Assembly (NCBI GenBank): GCA_033764315.1 | Contig: JANRJA010000170.1 | Location: 25,885-89,884, forward strand | Source: Oculatellaceae cyanobacterium bins.114 | GTDB lineage: Bacteria > Cyanobacteriota > Cyanobacteriia > Elainellales > Elainellaceae | Direction of reading: 5' to 3' | DNA: 64,000 nt | Shown here: in pieces, positions 30,230-40,369 of the stretch | Layout: each line of letters starts with the position of its first letter | Position numbering within the stretch: position 1 is the first letter of the stretch | Position numbers and translations under genes: made by a program | Notes under the pieces: model-generated | Database searches by the model: none | What the model was told of the DNA's origin: nothing | What the model saw: the letters and a program-made list of their open reading frames with translations, nothing else

Positions 30230-31855
30230 ATGAAGCGATTTACACTTCTTTTTCAACAAATTGATGAAACCACCTCTACTAATGAGAAAGTCAGTGCATT
30301 ACAGCACTATTTTCAGGAGGAAGAACCTGCTAATGCTGTATGGGCACTTTATCTATTGTTGGGCAAGACACGTAAACGATTAATTACCTCTAACACTCTA
30401 CGAAAGATTTTTTTGCAGATTTCAGACATTCCAGAGTGGTTATTTGAAGATTGTTATGCCCATGTTGGAGATACAGCTGAAGTTATTTCGTTGTTACTCA
30501 CAGACACAGCTTTGACTGTCAAAACTGGTTCTGACATTCCACTAAGGGAGTGGATGGAAAAAATTATTCCAGTTGTCAAACAGATTGAGTCAGAGGATGA
30601 ATTGACACAATTAGTTGTCTCCTGGTGGTCTTCTCTAACCGCATTTGAGGTGTTTATTCTCAATAAACTTCTCACTGGGGCATTTCGTGTCGGTGTCTCA
30701 GGAAAGTTGGTGATTAAAGGACTTTCAGCCGCATTCAATATTTCCGAACCCGACTTAACCCACCGTTTAATGGGTGACTTTGAACCCACAGTTGAGTTCT
30801 ATCAGCAACTGATTCAAGATGAGCATATTACTCACTCACCCAGTAGACCCTATCCCTTTTTTCTAGCTTCTCAATTAGAAGAAGATCGATTTCAAACGGA
30901 AGATTTTGTGGCTTGGCGAGCCGAGTGGAAATGGGATGGCATTCGGGCGCAAATGATTCGTCGCGCCAATCAATTGTTTATCTGGTCACGCGGTGAGGAT
31001 CTCATTACTCATCAATTTCCAGAGTTTGAACACGCTTTTGCTGACATTCCCAATGGCTATGTGCTAGATGGTGAGATTTTGGGGTGGGAGGATAATCACC
31101 CCATGAACTTTAATGCGTTGCAAAAACGATTGGGACGTAAGCGTGTGACCCCTAAGATGATTGAGCAAAACCCCACTCGGTTTATTGCCTATGATTTACT
31201 GGAGCATGACGGGCAAGACATTCGAGACAAACCCCTGAGCGATCGCCGCGCACTACTCTTAGAGTTGCTTCAAGTTTATACCTCTCCCTTAATCGGCACA
31301 TCAGATTGGCTCAATTTTGCCTCGTGGGAGGAGTTGACTCAGTTAAGGGAAGCCTCCCGTGAACAGGGTGCTGAGGGATTGGTGATCAAAGCGGTGGATA
31401 GTCCCTATTTAGTCGGTCGTAAACGGGGCTATTGGTGGAAATACAAAGTTGATCCGATGTCGTTGGATGCAGTGCTGATTTACGCCCAAGCCGGAACTGG
31501 TAAACGAGCTAATCTTTTTACAGATTATACGTTTGCTCTGTGGAATGGTGAGGCATTAGTTACTTTTGCCAAAGCTTATTCAGGATTGGACAACACAGAA
31601 ATTGAAGAACTGGATAAGTGGATTCGTAAACACACGGTTGAGAAATTTGGCCCGGTGCGATCGGTGGAGCCTATCCAGGTGTTTGAAATTGCGTTTGAGG
31701 GCATTGCCGAATCCAAGCGTCATAAATCAGGCATTTCGGTGCGGTTTCCTCGGATCTTGCGGTGGCGTAAAGACAAACCTGCCGCAGAAGCAGACACCCT
31801 TGAAACCGCACAAACTTTATTGCGCGGTCATTCCTCCATCAGCAGAGATGATTGA
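30230..31855 (+). CDS. ATP-dependent DNA ligase (ligase-associated damage response cluster)
   Basis: EWKWDGIRAQ (KxDG), LDGEI, YDLLE, EGLVIK, WKYK, VRFPR. Confidence 0.95.
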   Translation: MKRFTLLFQQIDETTSTNEKVSALQHYFQEEEPANAVWALYLLLGKTRKRLITSNTLRKIFLQISDIPEWLFEDCYAHVGDTAEVISLLLTDTALTVKTGSDIPLREWMEKIIPVVKQIESEDELTQLVVSWWSSLTAFEVFILNKLLTGAFRVGVSGKLVIKGLSAAFNISEPDLTHRLMGDFEPTVEFYQQLIQDEHITHSPSRPYPFFLASQLEEDRFQTEDFVAWRAEWKWDGIRAQMIRRANQLFIWSRGEDLITHQFPEFEHAFADIPNGYVLDGEILGWEDNHPMNFNALQKRLGRKRVTPKMIEQNPTRFIAYDLLEHDGQDIRDKPLSDRRALLLELLQVYTSPLIGTSDWLNFASWEELTQLREASREQGAEGLVIKAVDSPYLVGRKRGYWWKYKVDPMSLDAVLIYAQAGTGKRANLFTDYTFALWNGEALVTFAKAYSGLDNTEIEELDKWIRKHTVEKFGPVRSVEPIQVFEIAFEGIAESKRHKSGISVRFPRILRWRKDKPAAEADTLETAQTLLRGHSSISRDD

Positions 31856-32581
31856 ACCTGTGATAAAGGAGGCTTCATCAGAAGCTAGAAACAAGGCAAG
31901 ATGAGCAATTTCTCGCGGCTCACCGGGACGACCAATGGGTTGAAACGAATCGATCGAGGCATAGATTTTGTCTAACCCACCCATCATGTCGGCATGGGCA
32001 TAGTTAATAGGAGTATCGACCCAGCCCGGACAAATTGCGTTACAGCGGATCCCCTGTTTGGCATAGTCGAGAGCAATGCCGCGAGTGAGCATAACGACAC
32101 CTCCTTTAGATGCTGAATACACGGCTAAAAACGGCTCAGATACCAATCCATTAACGCTAGAGATATTGACGATCGCCCCTTTTCCAATTCGCAACATATA
32201 GGGAATTGCTGCACGGCACCCATACATCGTGCCTTTGAGGTTGACATTCAGGGTTTTATCAATCACCGCATCAGAGACTTCATGAAACACTCCTGGAATG
32301 TTGACTCCAGCATTGTTGACCAATACATCAATTTGTCCATAATGCTCGACGCAAAATGCCACAAATGCATTGACCTGCAAAGGGTCACTGACATCGGCGG
32401 CAAATGCCTCAGCCACACCTCCGCTCTTTTGAATGGTTTCCGCTGTGGCGATCGCCGTGTCCTGGTTTAGATCAACACAGATGACTTTGCCCCCTTCTTC
32501 TGCCAATCGTTCAGCGATCGCCCGCCCAATGCCTGACCCTGCCCCTGTCACTACACAAGCTTTCCCCTCGACTCGTCCCAT
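31817..32581 (-). CDS. SDR family oxidoreductase
   Basis: VTGAGSGIG, NNAG, YSASK, CPGWVDT. Confidence 0.93.
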   Translation of the reverse strand: MGRVEGKACVVTGAGSGIGRAIAERLAEEGGKVICVDLNQDTAIATAETIQKSGGVAEAFAADVSDPLQVNAFVAFCVEHYGQIDVLVNNAGVNIPGVFHEVSDAVIDKTLNVNLKGTMYGCRAAIPYMLRIGKGAIVNISSVNGLVSEPFLAVYSASKGGVVMLTRGIALDYAKQGIRCNAICPGWVDTPINYAHADMMGGLDKIYASIDSFQPIGRPGEPREIAHLALFLASDEASFITGSIISADGGMTAQ

Positions 32582-32968
32582 CGCTGTCGCTATCCTTGAT
32601 TTAATCGCACTGCTCAATGTCTACTGTAGTCGTTGGGCTATGCTTAAGCTAGATCAACTGGAGTAGAATCGGGATGACTGAAGCCCGACTCAAAATGCAT
32701 TAGCTCAAACTAAACTGGCTCCAGCAGGATTGCCCCCTCCATTTCTTGACCACACACAGCTACGCATACAGCTACACACACAGTTACCAGAGTCAGGGGG
32801 ATGAAGACATTCGGCGATCGCCCCAAAGCAATGCGCTGAAACCGCAGAAGAAAAAGTAAGCAGATTAGCAGCGGTTGGAAGAATTGGGGGTTGACCCGAT
32901 TTGGTGTAAGTTTTTTGTGGCCTGTAGAATCAGTATTAGGGGGTTGTGCCGCTCTTTGAGGTTTCTGT

Positions 32969-35428
32969 GTGCCACGTCATCGCAAAAAAGAGCCTGTTCT
33001 AAACGCTGATCTGAGCTGTTTGCAGCCGATTCTGGCTTGGTTTGAGACTCAGGGGTGGCAACCGTTGCCATTCCAACTGGAGGCGTGGCAAGCCGTTCTA
33101 GCGGGTGAGAGCGGCATGATTCAGGTGCCTACAGGGTCGGGCAAAACCTATGCTGCTGTGATGGGGGCGATCGCCGCTATGCTCGATACCCCTAAGACTG
33201 GATTGCAACTCCTCTACATCACACCGTTGCGGGCACTATCTCGTGATATTGAGCAAGCCATTCTGCGTCCCATTCAAGAGATGGGTTGGAAGCTACGAGT
33301 TGAGTCTCGTACCGGAGATACCACCTCTTCGCGCAAAACTCGACAACTCAAAAACATGCCCGATATTCTGATCACGACCCCTGAGTCGCTTTCAGTGATG
33401 TTGTCTTACGAAGGCAGTCGGGAGCGGTTCCAATCACTGCGAGTGGTGATTTTGGATGAATGGCATGAGTTGCTTAGCTCTAAACGGGGAACTCAAACCG
33501 AATTGTGTCTGTCCCAGTTGCGATCGCTTCAACCTAACCTGCAAACCTGGGCAATTTCGGCAACGTTGGGCAATCCCGTTGAGGCAGCACAGGTTGCCGT
33601 GGGGTTGGGAGTAACACCCACCATTATTCAGGCTAATTTGCAGCGTCAGACTGTTATTAAGAGCGTCTTACCAGAGTCGGTAGATAGCTTTCCGTGGGCA
33701 GGGCACTTGGGTCTAAGGATGCTTGATGAACTGGTGGAAGCGTTGGATATTGAAGTCTCTACGTTGATTTTTACCAACACGCGATCGCAATCTGAACGGT
33801 GGTATCAAGCACTTCTGTTTGCAGTTCCAGAGTATGGCGATCGCATTGCCTTACATCATGGATCAATTGATGTCAAAGAACGTGAGGCGATCGAGGCTGG
33901 GGTCAAAGCGGGAGTCATCAAGTGGGTCGTTTGCACCTCATCTCTAGATTTGGGAGTGGACTTTCAGCCTGTTGAGCGGGTAGTACAAATTGGCAGTGCC
34001 AAAAATTTAGCACGTTTATTGCAGCGGGCAGGGCGATCGGCACATGTTCCCCAAGGAACCTCTGAGATTTTGTTTTTGCCGACCAATGCCCTAGAGTTGC
34101 TAGAAATTTCAGCCATACGACATGGGTTAGAAGCCGGAGAGATTGAAGTTCGACGTGCCCTTAATAAACCTTACGATGTACTAATTCAGCATTTAGTCAC
34201 GTTATCGTGTGGCGATGGATTCAAAGCAGAAGATATTTTACAAACTATTCAAAAAACAGTCTCTTACCGTGAGATTACAGAGCAAGAATTAAAGTGGATT
34301 TTAGAATTTATCACGACTGGGGGAAAGTGTTTAAATGCTTATCCTCGCTACAAAAAAGTGATTTTAGAGAATGATATCTATAAAGCTGCCGATGCCCAAA
34401 TCATCAAAATGCATCGAATGGGAGTGGGTACGATCGCCTCCAATCAAGCGGTTCGGATTGTCTACACCAATCGCAAAGAGATCGGTACTGTCGAAGAAAA
34501 CTTTGTCTCAAAGCTCAAAAAAGGAGATGTCTTCTTCTTTGCTGGAAAACAACTAGAATTCTTCATGATGAAGGACATGGTAGTTTACGTCAAAGGAAGC
34601 ACTAAGAAATCTACTGTCACACCCATTTGGTATGGGGGCAACTTAACTATCTCTGACACGCTTAGTCATCAACTAAGACAAGAGATTACCGCCGTTAAAC
34701 AGCACACTAAATTGAACACAGAACTGGAGTGCATTCAACCTATTCTTTCGGCTCAAGCGCGGATCTCCCAGCTTCCGGCTCAAGATGAATTGTTGATTGA
34801 GTGCTGCAAGACCCGCGAAGGGCAACATCTCTATATCTTTCCATTTGAAGGACGCTTTGTACATGAAGGGTTGGGGCTATTGTGGGGCTATCGCTTTGCC
34901 CACCAAAAACATGCCACGTTTACAATTTCAGTCAATGATTATGGGTTTGAAATTTTGGCACCCAAAGACTACCCCTTCAAAGATCTGTTCTCTCGCGAGT
35001 TTTTTGACCTGGAACAACTCCAAGAAGATATGAAGGCTAGCTTGAATTTATCTGAACTGACAAGCCGCAAATTTCGGGGCATCGCTCAAGTTGCAGGACT
35101 GGTGTTTAAGGGTTATCCATCGGCTCAAAAAACATCGAGTCAGCTTCAGGTGAGTTCCTCATTGATTTATGATGTTTTTTCAAAATACGAGCCTGATAAT
35201 CTGTTATTGAAACAAGCTGAGAAAGAGGTGCTTGAGGATCAATTAGAAGTTCACCGTTTAACCAAAACCCTCAACCGCATGAGGCAATTGGCGATCGCCT
35301 GGAAAGATACCAAACGTCCATCCCCCTTTGCTTTTCCGTTGTTGGTCGAGCGGCTCAGCTCTCGCATGTCAAATGAAAGCTTGTTAGAAAGAATTGGGCG
35401 TCTCAAAGATCTCTGGGTTAACAAATAA
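32969..35428 (+). CDS. Ligase-associated DEXH-box helicase (Lhr-core)
   Basis: PTGSGKT, YITPLRAL, TTPES, DEWH, SAT, LHHGS, QRAGRS. Confidence 0.93.
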   Translation: MPRHRKKEPVLNADLSCLQPILAWFETQGWQPLPFQLEAWQAVLAGESGMIQVPTGSGKTYAAVMGAIAAMLDTPKTGLQLLYITPLRALSRDIEQAILRPIQEMGWKLRVESRTGDTTSSRKTRQLKNMPDILITTPESLSVMLSYEGSRERFQSLRVVILDEWHELLSSKRGTQTELCLSQLRSLQPNLQTWAISATLGNPVEAAQVAVGLGVTPTIIQANLQRQTVIKSVLPESVDSFPWAGHLGLRMLDELVEALDIEVSTLIFTNTRSQSERWYQALLFAVPEYGDRIALHHGSIDVKEREAIEAGVKAGVIKWVVCTSSLDLGVDFQPVERVVQIGSAKNLARLLQRAGRSAHVPQGTSEILFLPTNALELLEISAIRHGLEAGEIEVRRALNKPYDVLIQHLVTLSCGDGFKAEDILQTIQKTVSYREITEQELKWILEFITTGGKCLNAYPRYKKVILENDIYKAADAQIIKMHRMGVGTIASNQAVRIVYTNRKEIGTVEENFVSKLKKGDVFFFAGKQLEFFMMKDMVVYVKGSTKKSTVTPIWYGGNLTISDTLSHQLRQEITAVKQHTKLNTELECIQPILSAQARISQLPAQDELLIECCKTREGQHLYIFPFEGRFVHEGLGLLWGYRFAHQKHATFTISVNDYGFEILAPKDYPFKDLFSREFFDLEQLQEDMKASLNLSELTSRKFRGIAQVAGLVFKGYPSAQKTSSQLQVSSSLIYDVFSKYEPDNLLLKQAEKEVLEDQLEVHRLTKTLNRMRQLAIAWKDTKRPSPFAFPLLVERLSSRMSNESLLERIGRLKDLWVNK

Positions 35429-35439
35429 TCTTTTAAAGC

Positions 35440-36087
35440 ATGGAATTGAGTATCTGTAATTTTGATCTAAAGCTGTTACCTGAAAAGGCCATTTATATCA
35501 AACAGTTCAATAGTTTATTAGTCTCTGATATCCATCTCGGCAAATCAGAAACCTTTCAACAGGCAGGTATTCCCATCCCAAATAGCATCAACGCTCAAAC
35601 ACTCGATCGCCTACAAAAATTATGCTCTCAACTCCAGCCCGATCATCTGTTTATCCTGGGTGATCTATTTCACTCTCGTTTTGCGTTGGTTGATGAGGTA
35701 TTAGACAGTTGGCTTAACTTTCTTAATGGTGTGAAGATAGGCGTGACACTCATTATTGGAAATCACGATCGCTATTTGACTCAACAATTAGACACCTTAT
35801 CAATTCACTATTCAATTCATAAAATTCAAATCGACGATCTGATTTTGAGCCATGAACCCTCTCCACAAACCGATTGTTTGAATATTTGTGGACATATTCA
35901 TCCCTGTCTTAAGATTAAGACGAAATTGGATAGCTTGCGATTACCCTGTTTCTATTTCAACAAAACTCAAAACCTTTTGATACTGCCTTCTTTTGGAGAA
36001 TTCACAGGAGGATATGAAATGGAACTAACCTCTAACTCGACTGCTTATGTCATCGCAGAAGATGCGATCGTTCCATTTCAGGGGTAA
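35440..36087 (+). CDS. pdeM: Ligase-associated metallophosphoesterase/endonuclease
   Basis: SDIHLGK, GDLFH, GNHD, HEP, GHIHP, LPSFG.FTGG; directly follows the helicase. Confidence 0.9.
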   Translation: MELSICNFDLKLLPEKAIYIKQFNSLLVSDIHLGKSETFQQAGIPIPNSINAQTLDRLQKLCSQLQPDHLFILGDLFHSRFALVDEVLDSWLNFLNGVKIGVTLIIGNHDRYLTQQLDTLSIHYSIHKIQIDDLILSHEPSPQTDCLNICGHIHPCLKIKTKLDSLRLPCFYFNKTQNLLILPSFGEFTGGYEMELTSNSTAYVIAEDAIVPFQG

Positions 36088-36101
36088 AGTTCTCCAGACC
36101 G

Positions 36102-36407
36102 CTATCTTGCTGCAAAACCAAAGCGGCGACGAATTTCATCTGTAATCGGTTCTACCTCAGTTGGGTTTGGGCAAACAGGCATAATTCGATTTTGACACGT
36201 GTGCATTACAACGTAGGGATGTTCCCAAGTACAACAGGGATAAACCTCTAAGTTTGAGAACGGATCAATCTGGTCTTCTTTTGGTTTACAATTCGCCAAA
36301 ACTAGCAACTCTCTACCCTGTTCATTTAATTGATGAATAGCAAAGCCAGGGTAAGCCGTGTGACGGTCAAAAAAATAGATTGGTTTTGCTTTTAATGGTG
36401 TTTTCAT
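36102..36407 (-). CDS. Hypothetical protein
   Basis: ATG-initiated 101-aa ORF convergent with pdeM. Confidence 0.55.
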   Translation of the reverse strand: MKTPLKAKPIYFFDRHTAYPGFAIHQLNEQGRELLVLANCKPKEDQIDPFSNLEVYPCCTWEHPYVVMHTCQNRIMPVCPNPTEVEPITDEIRRRFGFAAR

Positions 36408-36465
36408 AACAGTTTTAACTAAAATTTTAGAATCAAGTAGTGGGTGTTATTAATTGTAAGACGCA

Positions 36466-36537
36466 TTTCGACTCGCTCAAAACAAGCCGCTCAACCCACT
36501 CAATCTCCCTGACAGCAGGTTGAGTGGAGTCGAAACC
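36466..36537. repeat. REP-like inverted pair (TTCGACT..GCTCAA / TTGAG.GGAGTCGAA)
   Basis: TTTCGACTCGCTCAA ... GGTTGAGTGGAGTCGAAA. Confidence 0.55.
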
Positions 36538-37007
36538 CGAATTCTGAACTGAGTTTAATGAATTAGGGTCTCCTCCTTATGACTCATTAAAGAGTGACAC
36601 AGTTAGAGATCATACTGAATTCAGCAAAGCATCTCTAAAGATTCTTTGCATTACTTAAGATGTCAGGCAGATGCTTAAGCACGTTATTTCTATAGCACTT
36701 ATTCCCGATATTTTGTGAGTTCAACAAATGGACAACCCACTCACCTCACAACTGATTTATAACGGCTATACATTGAGATATTTTTAGCTTAAGGGGATGG
36801 AGTTTCTCAGTCAATCTATCTGTTAACAGATGTCTTAAGAAACAAGCTTTGGAGCTATTTTGATAACCGCTCTTAATGGTTGGCAAAACGAATGGTTAGC
36901 ACGACGGGTCTCTGTTCTCGTGTCATGGGTACTCAATTAAACGCTCTACTTAAATAAACGCTTCACTTAAATGAAAGTTAAGACGCTTGCGTTTAATAGG
37001 GCTATTC

Positions 37008-37523
37008 TTAATGATTGTCAATCTTTAAGCCGACAATAACCAGATCTTTCATTTGGTTGTCTAACTCCGCGATCGCTGGCAAAAACCCCCATTGGTTAAA
37101 TCCAAGTTTTTCTAGCATTCGCAGACTGGGGGTGTTGTGACCAAAGACAAATCCTAACAGAGTCGTGACTCCAAAATCAGAACAGCGGCTGATTAGAGTT
37201 CGCACCAAATGGGCACCGATTCCCTGCCCTTGATAGTCAGCATCCACATAGATGCTCACCTCGGCAGTGGCATGATAGGCAGGACGACCATAAAAAGAGC
37301 TGAGACTAATCCAGGCAACAATGTTGCCATTGCGCTCTAGCACCCAAATTGGGCGCGTCTTCAGGTCGTGTTGCTGAAACCAGGCAACCCGACTAGCAAC
37401 TGTTACAGGTTCTGTGTCGGCAGTTGCCATGCGTCCGGGAATTGAGCCGTTGTAAATCTCAACAATTCTGGGTAAATCAGCTGCGGTTGCATCACGGATA
37501 ACATCAGTTGTGGTCATGCTCAT
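37008..37523 (-). CDS. GNAT N-acetyltransferase (phosphinothricin/YncA-like)
   Basis: IVEIYN, FYGRPAY..TAEVSIYV, QGQGIG, N.PSL. Confidence 0.9.
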   Translation of the reverse strand: MSMTTTDVIRDATAADLPRIVEIYNGSIPGRMATADTEPVTVASRVAWFQQHDLKTRPIWVLERNGNIVAWISLSSFYGRPAYHATAEVSIYVDADYQGQGIGAHLVRTLISRCSDFGVTTLLGFVFGHNTPSLRMLEKLGFNQWGFLPAIAELDNQMKDLVIVGLKIDNH

Positions 37524-37704
37524 ATCATCACAAATGTCCCTAAGCGATCGCTCAGTTTTTGAGAAAAGGATCGGATGAGCCGTCGTCCTGCTGCATCAGA
37601 TGAAGCTTCAGCTTTTACAAAAATGGGAGTGCTGGTGAACAAAGGCTGCCTTAGGAAATGAGGGTTCAGCCAGAATTATAGAGGGTTGGATATGAAAATT
37701 TGAA

Positions 37705-38274
37705 TCAAAAGCGACCTAGCCACTTAAACAACCCTAATGCAGTGATAGTTCCCACAAAATGGGCTGTAATGCCATTCACATTGGCCATCGCCACAAAAAT
37801 ATCGAGCGACCGAATGAGCCGTTGTGGATCGTAAATCGCGACCCCTTGGGGTTGGGTAATCGACTTTGCTAGTAGCACCCCCAATGTCGCACCACTCCCC
37901 AAAATGGTGAACAGCATACCCGCTACGCCTGTCATAATCACCAGTTGCAAAAATTGCATGACCGTTGCTCTTGAGGGGTGTCTTGCGGGATCAGGATGGC
38001 GGAGTTGTCTGGCAAATCGAGTCAAGCGAAACGCCAAAAACAAGCTAAATAGCAAGGCGGCAATCCCAGCGATCGCCCAAAAAATTCCAATGCCAATGCC
38101 CGGTGACCCTCCCTCAGTGACATTGCGCCCAGAAATGACAAACACCAGACAAAAGCCCGCAGCCACCCCTAACCCCAACTGCACCCAAAAACTCAACCAG
38201 CCTGTAATTTTTAAGACGGTTGCGATGCGCCTCAGGGTTAAATCAGGCGATCGCTGTTCTGTCTTCATTTCCAT
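37705..38274 (-). CDS. DUF3611 family membrane protein
   Basis: GWLSFWVQL, LLAKS, IRSLDIFVAMAN...AHF. Confidence 0.8.
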   Translation of the reverse strand: MEMKTEQRSPDLTLRRIATVLKITGWLSFWVQLGLGVAAGFCLVFVISGRNVTEGGSPGIGIGIFWAIAGIAALLFSLFLAFRLTRFARQLRHPDPARHPSRATVMQFLQLVIMTGVAGMLFTILGSGATLGVLLAKSITQPQGVAIYDPQRLIRSLDIFVAMANVNGITAHFVGTITALGLFKWLGRF

Positions 38275-38446
38275 CGTTTTATTAGCCTGTCAACAGGTTC
38301 TGCTAGGAAAGTAATCAACTTTGACAGGATTCACGCCCCTCTATAGAAGGAAAAACCTGACCTGACGAGAATTTAAACCTTAAGGTAGGGGATCTTTATG
38401 CCTCAGCCCTTTAAGGTGACGGTGTTCTTTAGGTTTGAGAAATGTC

Positions 38447-38638
38447 ATGTCTAGCGATCGCCCTTTATCAAAATCGGCTCAATCTTCAGAGGCTTCATCT
38501 GAAAAGCAGCCCCAAACTAACACAGACCCATCTACCAATTCACAAACCCAACCTCACAAGCAAACCGATCACCCAGAAACCAACTCTGAGACCCATCATG
38601 GGCGCACAGGTTCAGAAGCGGTAGACGAGCCAGAATAA
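38447..38638 (+). CDS. Small hydrophilic hypothetical protein
   Basis: 63-aa S/Q/T/E-rich ORF ending HGRTGSEAVDEPE. Confidence 0.45.
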   Translation: MSSDRPLSKSAQSSEASSEKQPQTNTDPSTNSQTQPHKQTDHPETNSETHHGRTGSEAVDEPE

Positions 38639-38728
38639 ATCGCTTTACAAAACGGAGGTTGTCGAATTAAATCATTTGAGTCTTTATCTGGCATACTCAA
38701 AATCAACTGTTGTGATGAGGCAGATTTC

Positions 38729-40030
38729 ATGGTGCGACGAATTTTAAAGGTCATAGAGAACACCGTCTTTAAACTCCGTCCTGAATTATCGTCAGAGCTG
38801 ACCCCCGAAGAAATTTATGAAGTAGCGGCTGGCACCACCTTTGAAATTCAATCCTATGCATACGCTAACGCCAACGGAGACTTTGATGGTCACATCAAAT
38901 TTGCACTTGCTGGTAGTGCCATTCGTGGCTTAAACACCTGGTTTGTTTACAGTTTGCATGTTCAGGTGGAGTTCGATGGGGTTGTTGTTTATCCCCATGA
39001 AGACCAGGAAAACCTGCCAATTTTGAGAATATCGGAAGATACCACCTTTAAGCTGCGACCCATTCAAGCTTCTATTTTGTCTCCTAACGAAATCGAGCAA
39101 ATTACTAAGGGGCGATCGTTTCTGTTGCATTCCTATGCTTATGCAGATTCTCAAGGAGATTTCAGTAGTCACATCAAATTTGCCCTACGCGATCGCAAAG
39201 ATTTCATTCGTGGCTTGAGTACCTGGTATGTCTATGACCAACATGCCTATGTTGAGTTTGACGGAGAAATTGTTTATCCAGCCGAAGACCCCAACCCTCT
39301 GATTTTGCGAGTCACCAGAGACACCGTGCTAAAGCGTCGCCCGGTTGATAGTGCTCAACTGGCTGCCAACGAACGGGTTTCTGTGCAACAGGGAACAACT
39401 CTTGTTTTAGAATCTTATGCCTACGCTGACAATAAGGGTGACTTTAACGATCACATTAAATTCGCCATTAAGTACGCCAAAGATTACATTAATGATTTGA
39501 GTACCTGGTATGTCTATGAGTTACATGCTCGCATTGAGCGAGAAAACAAGGTACTATACCCTATTCCAAAACCAACGCCGACACCGACACCAACCCCTCA
39601 ATTTAATGGTAGAAGCTTTAAGCTGCCTGGGAATAGCAGCACCTTCTTCACCGACCAACCTATTATTCCGGGGGGCAGCTTTACCTGGGGAGAGGCAACT
39701 AAAAACGCCACTCGCATCCCCCCTACGGTTGAAATTGTTAATAACATTATTGCCCTTGCTAGAGAGTTACAAAAGGCAAGAAATCAGATTGGCAGACCCT
39801 TTAAAATCAATTCTTGGTATCGTCCTCCTGCCATTAATCAAGCGGTTGGGGGTGCCTCCCGGAGCCAGCATCTAACGGGCAGAGCTGCAGATATTCAGGT
39901 GTCAGGTTATAGCGGTAGACGAGCCGCTAATGCCTTAATGGCTTGGTGGAATGGAGGCATTGGCATTTACAGCAATTTGCCAAATGTTCTGCACTTAGAT
40001 GTAGGCCCCCGCCGCTATTGGGGCTTTTAG
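38729..40030 (+). CDS. Peptidase M15A (D-Ala-D-Ala-type Zn peptidase) with three N-terminal repeats
   Basis: SWYRP..N..VGGA..SQH..G.AAD and HLD; three ~95-aa SYAYA/HIKFA repeats; PT linker. Confidence 0.88.
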   Translation: MVRRILKVIENTVFKLRPELSSELTPEEIYEVAAGTTFEIQSYAYANANGDFDGHIKFALAGSAIRGLNTWFVYSLHVQVEFDGVVVYPHEDQENLPILRISEDTTFKLRPIQASILSPNEIEQITKGRSFLLHSYAYADSQGDFSSHIKFALRDRKDFIRGLSTWYVYDQHAYVEFDGEIVYPAEDPNPLILRVTRDTVLKRRPVDSAQLAANERVSVQQGTTLVLESYAYADNKGDFNDHIKFAIKYAKDYINDLSTWYVYELHARIERENKVLYPIPKPTPTPTPTPQFNGRSFKLPGNSSTFFTDQPIIPGGSFTWGEATKNATRIPPTVEIVNNIIALARELQKARNQIGRPFKINSWYRPPAINQAVGGASRSQHLTGRAADIQVSGYSGRRAANALMAWWNGGIGIYSNLPNVLHLDVGPRRYWGF

Positions 40031-40369
40031 AAAAACTGGAAAATGGGCGTTACTGCTCACATGTAACCCCTTACGCGACTATTCCAACTCCCTGGTTTCT
40101 AGTGGATGTCGCTAAATAAAAGGCAGAACAGAAGTTCTAGCTCCCTTCTCTCTAAAGCTCTGTGTCCACTCAAGAGCAAGGTTGGGGATGAGAACAATTC
40201 ATCTCTGCATCCAGCAACGTTTTTCTTGAATGCTTTAGCCTTTATCCCTCATCCCTGAGCCTTCTTTCTAGCTCTGTCCTTTGGTTCACCCGATTCTCTG
40301 CCTTAAGTGGATGATGTTTTGTCATGAATAGCTAACCATATAAAGAAAAGCAAAGAAGATAAAAAATTC

